DNA of 8,089 bases from a virus. Lineage: Duplodnaviria; Heunggongvirae; Uroviricota; Caudoviricetes. Numbering within the stretch: position 1 is the first letter of the stretch; every line of letters starts with the position of its first letter. The stretch lies in IMG/VR virus record IMGVR_UViG_2558860290_000019; one strand, given 5' to 3'. The notes beneath the pieces are model-generated. The model worked only from the letters and a program-made list of their open reading frames with translations. It was not told where the DNA came from and ran no database searches. The translations under genes and the position numbers were made by a program. Of this stretch, positions 1-6,626 are shown piece by piece.

Positions 1-1152
1 TTATTTAAGAGTTCTTCCTATATTTATGCTTTTTTTCTCTATGGTTATATGCATGAGATATGCAAGAGTTGTAACAATAGAGAACGCAGCTATCAATGAT
101 ACTAGATAGCTAAAACCAGATCCAGTTAGGAATCTGATTATGCAATACCCTATCACTGAGTGGAGAGCATAAAAAGAATAACTTATATTTGCAAGAAATG
201 AGAGTGGTCTTACCTCTTTAAAGTAATCATTTAATAACATTGCGATTAAAAATACAATATAACCATAAATATAGTTTACTCCAACCTCAATAAATTGGTT
301 GCTCTGTGGGCCGCATTTCCACGTCATTCCTACAAGGATAGCTGTCATCATTGTTGAAGCTATGAACTCGCCTGTATTAATTCGCTTTTCAAAATAAAAG
401 TTAAGCAGAATACCAAGAGTCATATATGAAATGTACATGAATTCTATCTTTAACGCATCGAAAGAAAAGAATCCCTGCTGACTTGAGCCAAGCCCTAAGT
501 TTGCTGTAAAAAATGTAATGGCGAATACAGATATTGGGATGCATAATAACTTTATTATATTTGCACTTCTTATTGCCCCATATACCAAAAGACAAGTTAT
601 ATAGAATTTTATCTCTATAGATAGGGTCCAGTTTACATAATCAATGCTTCCATAGTTGAATATAGATGCAAGCAATGTAATATTGTATATAAAACGATCC
701 ATTGAGATACTATTTGCAGAACCCCAAAAGATGTTGCTTGCGGTAAATACTGCAAGCATTATAAGAGAACATACTATGTATGTAGGGTATATTCTTATTA
801 TCCTTGCAAATAGGTAACCAAGTGGAGACTTGTTTCTCATTGAATATGTTAAAACAAACCCGCTAATTATGAAGAATATAGATACCCCAAACGGACCATA
901 ATTAAAATATGGTAAAGGAGGAAGTATTGATATGTAATAAGCTGAATTTCCAGTGCTCACGTCAGGAGCGCCGGTCACAGAGCTGATGAATGTAGGATTT
1001 AGTGAGTATATGCCAAGCCAGTGGACTGCAACTACACTCAAAAAAGCTATAGCCCTTAACTGTGAAGCGAAGATGACTCTGCCTTTCTTTTTTGTATCCA
1101 CCACTTCATGGATGGCATTGCTTTGAATGCCATCCTGCGCTTGTTGCGCCAT
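1..1152 (-). CDS. Acyltransferase family 3 (OafA/Oac-like) integral membrane protein; AT-rich cargo gene at the P2 Z/fun-equivalent slot
   Basis: Complete minus-strand ORF (stop TAA at 1..3). Two in-frame ATGs: 1170 has no Shine-Dalgarno, while the ATG at 1152 (Met7) is preceded by AAGAGG (1159..1164) with a 6-nt spacer, so 1152 is preferred (383 aa; 389 aa from 1170). The protein is very hydrophobic with multiple predicted membrane segments and carries Acyl_transf_3-type motifs: LRAIAFLSVVAVH (Arg...His in the first helix), GVSIFFIISGF, ARIIRIYPTY and NWTLSIEIKFY (compare the WSLSVE motif). The gene is far more AT-rich than the tail genes and is divergent from FI. Confidence 0.8.
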   Translation of the reverse strand: MAQQAQDGIQSNAIHEVVDTKKKGRVIFASQLRAIAFLSVVAVHWLGIYSLNPTFISSVTGAPDVSTGNSAYYISILPPLPYFNYGPFGVSIFFIISGFVLTYSMRNKSPLGYLFARIIRIYPTYIVCSLIMLAVFTASNIFWGSANSISMDRFIYNITLLASIFNYGSIDYVNWTLSIEIKFYITCLLVYGAIRSANIIKLLCIPISVFAITFFTANLGLGSSQQGFFSFDALKIEFMYISYMTLGILLNFYFEKRINTGEFIASTMMTAILVGMTWKCGPQSNQFIEVGVNYIYGYIVFLIAMLLNDYFKEVRPLSFLANISYSFYALHSVIGYCIIRFLTGSGFSYLVSLIAAFSIVTTLAYLMHITIEKKSINIGRTLK

Positions 1153-1256
1153 TTCTAACCTCTTTTCCATTTAAAATTTAATCTAAGTAGAGAAAAAACA
1201 AAATGGGATTATTCATCATTGTTGATTAAAGATAAAGAGGGTATGTACAAAACTAA

Positions 1257-1277
1257 CACCCACTGAGTGAGTGGGTG
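1257..1277. repeat. Perfect 8-bp inverted repeat CACCCACT-N5-AGTGGGTG at the AT-rich/GC-rich junction; possible operator or leftward stem-loop
   Basis: Read directly: CACCCACT (1257..1264), GAGTG loop, AGTGGGTG (1270..1277). On the minus strand the stem is followed by TTAGTTTTGT, a weak U-rich tail. Function is not established. Confidence 0.25.
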
Positions 1278-1403
1278 CAGGCCGGGTGGTTGCTGGCTGC
1301 GGGGGAGTCACGTCAACGCGTGGCGCTGATTTTTGATATTGGCCTGTCCACGCTCTATAAAAAATTCCCCTCATCAGTGCCAAAAAATAAATTGTGTCAT
1401 CCC

Positions 1404-1420
1404 TTGTCCAACCGGGACAA
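1404..1420 (+). promoter_or_regulatory. Dyad TTGTCC-N5-GGACAA upstream of FI; candidate activator site of the late promoter (PF-equivalent)
   Basis: Perfect 6-bp inverted repeat centred at about 1412, roughly 72 bp upstream of the FI ATG, with only weak -10-like hexamers downstream (TATCAC 1451..1456), as expected for an activator-dependent promoter. Caveat: the Ogr-family consensus I recall is TGT-N12-ACA, whereas this dyad is TGT-N9-ACA, so the assignment is tentative. Confidence 0.3.
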
Positions 1421-1483
1421 ATAGCCTGACATCGCCGGCACAACTGAAAATATCACTCACCCATTAACCACGGAGTTAAACGG

Positions 1484-2674
1484 ATGAGTGACTATCATCA
1501 CGGCGTGCAGGTGCTGGAGATTAACGACGGCACCCGCGTCATTTCCACCGTATCCACCGCCATTATTGGCATGGTCTGCACGGCCAGCGATGCGGATGCG
1601 GAAACCTTCCCCCTCAATAAACCGGTGCTGATTACCAATGTGCAGAGCGCAATTGCAAAGGCCGGTAAAAAAGGCACGCTGGCGGCGTCGTTGCAGGCCA
1701 TCGCTGACCAGTCAAAACCGGTCACCGTTGTCGTGCGCGTGGAAGACGGAACCGGCGACGACGAAGAAACGAAACTCGCGCAGACCGTTTCCAATATCAT
1801 CGGCACCACTGACGAAAACGGTCAGTACACCGGACTGAAAGCCCTGATGGGCGCTGAGTCGGTTACCGGCGTTAAACCGCGTATTCTCGGCGTACCGGGA
1901 CTGGACACCAAAGAGGTCGCCGTCGCACTGGCATCGGTATGCCAGGAACTGAATGCCTTCGGGTATATCAGCGCATGGGGTTGTAAAACCATTTCCGAGG
2001 TGAAAGCCTACCGCCAGAATTTCAGCCAGCGTGAGCTGATGGTCATCTGGCCGGATTTCCTCGCATGGGATACGGTTACCAGTACCACCGCCACCGCGTA
2101 TGCCACCGCCCGTGCGCTGGGTCTGCGCGCTAAAATCGACCAGGAGCAGGGCTGGCATAAAACGCTGTCCAACGTCGGGGTGAACGGTGTTACCGGCATC
2201 AGTGCATCCGTCTTCTGGGATTTGCAGAAGCCCGGCACTGATGCTGACCTGCTGAACGAGTCAGGCGTCACTACGCTGATTCGCCGCGACGGTTTCCGTT
2301 TCTGGGGTAACCGTACCTGCTCTGATGACCCGCTGTTCCTCTTTGAAAGCTACACACGCACCGCGCAGGTACTGGCCGACACGATGGCTGAGGCGCACAT
2401 GTGGGCTATTGATAAGCCCATCACCGCAACGCTGATTCGCGACATCATTGACGGCATCAATGCCAAATTCCGTGAACTGAAAAACAACGGTTATATCGTG
2501 GATGGCTCATGCTGGTTCAGCGAAGAATCCAACGATGCGGAAACCCTCAAGGCCGGAAAACTGTATATCGACTACGACTATACCCCGGTGCCTCCTCTTG
2601 AAAATCTGACCCTGCGCCAGCGTATTACTTCCAGATACCTGGCAAGTCTGGTCACTTCGGTTAACAGCAATTAA
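1484..2674 (+). CDS. FI: Contractile tail sheath protein (P2 gpFI family)
   Basis: 396-codon ORF with GGAG (1472..1475) 8 nt upstream of the ATG. N-terminus MSDYHHGVQVLEINDGTRVI; length and position as first gene of the FETUD order match P2 gpFI (396 aa as I recall). Immediately followed by the tube gene. Confidence 0.93.
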   Translation: MSDYHHGVQVLEINDGTRVISTVSTAIIGMVCTASDADAETFPLNKPVLITNVQSAIAKAGKKGTLAASLQAIADQSKPVTVVVRVEDGTGDDEETKLAQTVSNIIGTTDENGQYTGLKALMGAESVTGVKPRILGVPGLDTKEVAVALASVCQELNAFGYISAWGCKTISEVKAYRQNFSQRELMVIWPDFLAWDTVTSTTATAYATARALGLRAKIDQEQGWHKTLSNVGVNGVTGISASVFWDLQKPGTDADLLNESGVTTLIRRDGFRFWGNRTCSDDPLFLFESYTRTAQVLADTMAEAHMWAIDKPITATLIRDIIDGINAKFRELKNNGYIVDGSCWFSEESNDAETLKAGKLYIDYDYTPVPPLENLTLRQRITSRYLASLVTSVNSN

Positions 2675-2686
2675 GGAGCCTGACCG

Positions 2687-3205
2687 ATGGCAATGCCGCG
2701 CAAACTCAAGTTAATGAACGTCTTTCTGAACGGCTACAGCTATCAGGGCGTTGCAAAGTCCGTCACGCTGCCAAAACTGACCCGTAAGCTCGAAAACTAT
2801 CGCGGTGCGGGGATGAACGGCAGCGCACCGGTGGACCTCGGCCTTGATGACGATGCGCTGTCAATGGAGTGGTCGCTCGGGGGCTTCCCGGATTCGGTTA
2901 TCTGGGAGCTTTACGCCGCAACCGGTGTGGATGCTGTGCCGATTCGTTTTGCAGGCTCTTACCAGCGTGACGATACCGGCGAAACGGTGGCCGTCGAGGT
3001 GGTCATGCGTGGACGTCAGAAAGAAATCGACACCGGCGAGGGTAAACAGGGAGAAGACACCGAGTCGAAAATCTCCGTGGTCTGCACCTATTTCCGGCTG
3101 ACGATGGACGGTAAGGAGCTGGTCGAAATCGACACCATCAACATGATTGAGAAGGTGAACGGCGTCGACCGGCTGGAGCAACACCGCCGCAATATCGGCC
3201 TGTGA
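2687..3205 (+). CDS. FII: Tail tube protein (P2 gpFII family)
   Basis: 172-codon ORF with GGAG (2675..2678) 8 nt upstream of the ATG. Size and position match P2 gpFII (172 aa as I recall). Confidence 0.93.
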   Translation: MAMPRKLKLMNVFLNGYSYQGVAKSVTLPKLTRKLENYRGAGMNGSAPVDLGLDDDALSMEWSLGGFPDSVIWELYAATGVDAVPIRFAGSYQRDDTGETVAVEVVMRGRQKEIDTGEGKQGEDTESKISVVCTYFRLTMDGKELVEIDTINMIEKVNGVDRLEQHRRNIGL

Positions 3206-3212
3206 TTTTCAT

Positions 3213-3233
3213 CCGGTCAGCCTGGCTGACCGG
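3213..3233 (+). terminator. GC-rich stem-loop (9-bp stem, 3-nt loop) between FII and E with no U-tract; possible partial terminator/attenuator or mRNA 3' stabiliser
   Basis: CCGGTCAGC (3213..3221), CTG, GCTGACCGG (3225..3233), a perfect inverted repeat. It is followed by TTAACCCC, not a canonical U-run. It lies 8 nt after the FII stop and about 29 nt before the E start. Confidence 0.3.
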
Positions 3234-3261
3234 TTAACCCCGATTCATAAGTGAGAAAACC

Positions 3262-3537
3262 ATGAACAAAGAAAATGTGATTACCCTGGACAATCCGGTC
3301 AAACGTGGTGAGCAGGTTATCGAACAGGTCACGCTGATGAAACCCAATGCGGGGACGCTGCGCGGTGTCAGTCTGGCTGCGGTCGCAAACTCCGAAGTCG
3401 ATGCACTGATTAAAGTGCTGCCGCGCATGACGGCACCGATGCTGACCGAGCAGGAAGTCGCCGCGCTGGAACTGCCTGACCTTGTGGCGCTGGCCGGTAA
3501 GGTGGTCGGTTTTTTGTCGCCGAACTCGGTGCAGTGA
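3262..3537 (+). CDS. E: Tail assembly chaperone (P2 gpE family)
   Basis: 91-codon ORF (MNKENVITLDNPVKRGEQVIEQV ... GFLSPNSVQ). Size and position match P2 gpE. A TTTTTTG run lies near its 3' end. Confidence 0.9.
   Translation: MNKENVITLDNPVKRGEQVIEQVTLMKPNAGTLRGVSLAAVANSEVDALIKVLPRMTAPMLTEQEVAALELPDLVALAGKVVGFLSPNSVQ
3510..3516 (+). promoter_or_regulatory. Slippery heptamer T_TTT_TTG in the E frame; candidate programmed frameshift site for E+E'
   Basis: In the E frame the codons are GGT TTT TTG, giving the X_XXY_YYZ pattern. Programmed -1 frameshifting at TTTTTTG to make gpE+E' is the established P2 mechanism. See the findings for the frame anomaly in this sequence. Confidence 0.55.
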
Positions 3538-3691
3538 CGTTTCCAAAAAAATACTCTCGGTCGATGACCTGATGGCGGATGTGGCAGTGGTATTTCACTG
3601 GCCGCCATCAGAACTGTATCCCATGAGCCTGACCGAACTCATCACATGGCGCGAAAAGGCGCTCCGGCGAAGTGGAAACACGAATGAGTAA
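3515..3691 (+). CDS. E': E' reading frame (C-terminal extension of gpE, expressed only as an E+E' frameshift fusion); in this sequence it lies in the +1 phase relative to E
   Basis: Open frame with no convincing own start, overlapping the 3' end of E and ending at TAA 3689..3691, which overlaps the T start. C-terminal part reads LSVDDLMADVAVVFHWPPSELYPMSLTELITWREKALRRSGNTNE. The 5' boundary is nominal, because the true fusion point depends on the shift site. Confidence 0.6.
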   Translation, partial: CRRTRCSDVSKKILSVDDLMADVAVVFHWPPSELYPMSLTELITWREKALRRSGNTNE

Positions 3692-6132
3692 CAATGTAAA
3701 ATTACAGGTATTGCTCAGGGCTGTTGACCAGGCATCCCGCCCGTTTAAATCCATCCGCACAGCGAGTAAGTCGCTGTCGGGGGATATCCGGGAAACACAA
3801 AAATCACTGCGCGAGCTGAACGGTCAGGCATCCCGTATTGAGGGATTTCGCAAGACCAGTGCACAGCTCGCCGTGACTGGTCATGCACTTGAAAAGGCAC
3901 GGCAGGAGGCCGAAGCCCTTGCCACACAGTTTAAAAACACCGAACGTCCGACACGTGCTCAGGCGAAAGTGCTGGAATCCGCAAAGCGTGCGGCGGAGGA
4001 CTTACAGGCGAAATATAACCGCCTGACGGATTCCGTTAAACGCCAGCAGCGGGAACTGGCCGTTGTGGGAATTAATACCCGCAATCTTGCACATGATGAG
4101 CAGGGACTGAAAAACCGTATCAGTGAAACCACCGCACAGCTTAACCGTCAGCGTGACGCGCTGGCGCGTGTCAGTGCGCAACAGGCAAAACTTAACGCAG
4201 TAAAACAGCGTTATCAGGCAGGCAAGGAACTGGCCGGAAATATGGCCTCAGTGGGCGCTGCCGGTGTGGGGATTGCGGCGGCGGGAGCGATGGCCGGAGT
4301 TAAGTTGCTGATGCCCGGTTATGAGTTTGCGCAGAAAAACTCAGAATTGCAGGCCGTGCTCGGAGTGGCAAAAGACTCCGCCGAAATGACCGCACTACGC
4401 AAACAGGCGCGCCAGCTCGGCGACAATACCGCCGCTTCGGCGGATGATGCGGCCGGTGCACAGATAATCATCGCGAAAGCGGGTGGGGATGTTGATGCCA
4501 TTCAGGCGGCAACGCCGGTCACGCTGAATATGGCGCTGGCGAACCGCCGCACGATGGAAGAAAACGCCGCCCTGCTGATGGGGATGAAATCCGCCTTTCA
4601 GCTTTCAAACGATAAGGTCGCTCATATCGGGGATGTTCTCTCCATGACGATGAACAAAACCGCCGCCGATTTTGACGGCATGAGCGATGCGCTGACCTAT
4701 GCCGCACCTGTAGACAAAAAATGCCGGTGTCAGCATTGAAGAAACCGCCGCAATGGTCGGGGCGCTGCATGATGCAAAAATCACAGGCTCAATGGCGGGG
4801 ACGGGAAGCCGTGCCGTGTTAAGCCGCCTGCAGGCACCGACGGGAAAAGCATGGGATGCACTCAAAGAGCTTGGTGTGAAAACCTCAGACAGCAAGGGAA
4901 ACACCCGGCCAATATTTACCATTCTGAAAGAAATGCAGGCCAGTTTTGAGAAAAACCGGCTCGGTACTGCCCAGCAGGCTGAATACATGAAAACTATTTT
5001 CGGGGAGGAGGCCAGCTCAGCCGCCGCCGTGCTGATGACTGCCGCCTCAACCGGAAAGCTGGACAAACTGACCGCTGCGTTTAAAGCCTCAGACGGGAAG
5101 ACTGCCGAGCTGGTAAATATCATGCAGGACAACCTCGGCGGTGACTTTAAGGAGTTTCAGTCCGCTTATGAGGCGGTGGGGACTGACCTGTTTGACCAGC
5201 AGGAAGGCGCACTGCGTAAGCTCACACAGACGGCCACAAAGTATGTGTTAAAACTCGACGGCTGGATACAGAAAAACAAATCACTGGCGTCAACCATTGG
5301 CATCATTGCCGGTGGCGCGCTGGCGCTTATTGGCATCATCGGTGCCATTGGTCTTGTAGCCTGGCCGGTTATCACCGGCATCAATGCCATTATCGCGGCA
5401 GCAGGCGCAATGGGGGCAATCTTCACGACGGTTGGCAGTGCTGTTATGACGGCCATCGGGGCGATTAGCTGGCCGGTTGTGGCTGTGGTGGCCGCCATTG
5501 TCGCCGGGGCGTTGCTTATCCGTAAATACTGGGAGCCTGTCAGCGCATTCTTCGGCGGTGTGGTTGAAGGGCTGAAAGCAGCATTTGCGCCGGTGGGGGA
5601 ACTGTTCACGCCACTTAAGCCGGTGTTTGACTGGCTGGGTGAAAAGTTACAGGCCGCGTGGCAGTGGTTTAAAAACCTGATTGCCCCGGTCAAAGCCACC
5701 CAGGACACCCTGAACCGTTGCCGTGATACTGGCGTCATGTTCGGGCAGGCACTGGCTGACGCGCTGATGCTGCCGCTTAATGCGTTCAACAAACTGCGCA
5801 GCGGAATTGACTGGGTACTGGAAAAACTCGGTGTTATCAACAAAGAGTCAGACACACTTGACCAGACCGCCGCCAGAACTCAAGCCGCCACGAATGGCAG
5901 CGGTGGTTATATTCCGGCGACCAGCTCTTATGCAGGCTATCAGGCTTATCAGCCGGTCACGGCACCGGCTGGCCGCTCTTATGTGGACCAGAGTAAAAAC
6001 GAATATCACATCAGCCTGACCGGTGGTACTGCGCCGGGGACACAGCTTGACCGCCAGTTACAGGATGCGCTCGAAAAATACGAGCGGGATAAACGTGCGC
6101 GCGCCCGTGCCAGCATGATGCATGACGGTTAA
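3684..6132 (+). pseudogene. T: Tail tape measure protein (P2 gpT family), interrupted by a frameshift in an A6 run (4716..4721); possibly a homopolymer sequencing error
   Basis: N-terminal ORF from ATG 3684 (MSNNVKLQVLLRAV; the track's GTG at 3672 is less likely) ends DKKCRCQH with TGA at 4737..4739. The +1 frame is open from 4714 and reads TKNAGVSIEETAAMVGALHDAKITGSMAG through to TAA 6130..6132. Removing one A gives a continuous AAPVDKNAGVSIEE junction and an 815-codon ORF, which matches my recollection of P2 gpT length. The N-terminus is coiled-coil-like (Q/R/A-rich) and the centre has glycine-rich hydrophobic segments (GIIAGGALALIGIIGAIG), both typical of tape measure proteins. Confidence 0.8.
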
Positions 6133-6146
6133 GGAGGTGACGAAAA

Positions 6147-6626
6147 ATGATGCTCGCGTTAGGTATGTTTGTTTTTATGCGCCAGACGCTGCCACACCAG
6201 ACCATGCAGCGTGAATCAGATTATCGCTGGCCGTCAAATTCCCGTATCGGTAAACGGGATGCCTTTCAGTTTCTCGGTGTGGGTGAGGAAAACATCACGC
6301 TTGCCGGTGTGCTTTATCCAGAACTGACCGGCGGCAAGCTGACGATGACCACGCTCAGGCTGATGGCAGAGGAAGGCCGGGCGTGGCCGTTGCTGGATGG
6401 CACCGGCATGATTTACGGCATGTATGTCATCAGCAGGGTGAGTGAAACAGGGAGTATTTTCTTTGCAGACGGCACACCCCGGAAAATTGATTTTACGCTG
6501 TCGCTCACCCGCGTTGATGAATCACTGGCCGCGCTTTATGGCGATATCGGTAAACAGGCGGAATCGCTCATCGGTAAGGCTGGCAGTATGGCGACCAGAT
6601 TCACGGGTATGACGGGGGCGGGATAA
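6147..6626 (+). CDS. U: Tail protein gpU (P2 gpU family)
   Basis: 159-codon ORF with AGGAGG (6132..6137) 9 nt upstream of the ATG. Size and position match P2 gpU. Confidence 0.88.
   Translation: MMLALGMFVFMRQTLPHQTMQRESDYRWPSNSRIGKRDAFQFLGVGEENITLAGVLYPELTGGKLTMTTLRLMAEEGRAWPLLDGTGMIYGMYVISRVSETGSIFFADGTPRKIDFTLSLTRVDESLAALYGDIGKQAESLIGKAGSMATRFTGMTGAG

Noticed and set aside
401-595. 64-aa minus-strand ORF inside the acyltransferase gene
   Set aside because: Lies entirely within the acyltransferase coding region in another frame. It is short and has no independent support.
1216-1443. 75-aa minus-strand ORF in the cargo/FI intergenic region
   Set aside because: No Shine-Dalgarno sequence. 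The peptide is Cys/Arg/Pro-rich and low-complexity (CRRCQAICPGW...PPQPATTRPAPT), and the ORF spans the putative promoter and dyad region. Most likely a chance ORF in GC-rich DNA.
1498-2271. Antisense and alternate-frame ORFs inside FI (1498..1809 -, 1638..1838 +, 1712..2158 -, 2008..2271 -)
   Set aside because: All overlap the well-supported FI gene. They are typical stop-poor frames of GC-rich coding DNA and have no RBS context.
2844-3184. ORFs overlapping FII (2844..3101 +, 2861..3184 -)
   Set aside because: Embedded in the tail tube gene. Their peptides are Arg/Ser-rich and low-complexity, typical of out-of-frame translation.
3672-3683. GTG at 3672 as the T start (track ORF begins METRMSNN)
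   Set aside because: The ATG at 3684 gives the N-terminus MSNNVKLQ and the expected 815-codon gene length after frame repair. GTG 3672 has no better RBS.
3217-3927. Minus-strand ORFs across the E/E'/T start region (3217..3546, 3234..3608, 3410..3598, 3745..3927)
   Set aside because: Antisense to E, E' and T. Their composition is Arg/Ser/Pro-rich and there are no start signals.
4319-6205. Minus-strand and alternate-frame ORFs within T (4319..4501, 4519..4770, 4605..5132, 5166..5855, 5780..6019, 6011..6205)
   Set aside because: Antisense or alternate frames of the tape measure gene. The long open frames are explained by its Ala/Gly-rich, GC-rich codons. The peptides are low-complexity.
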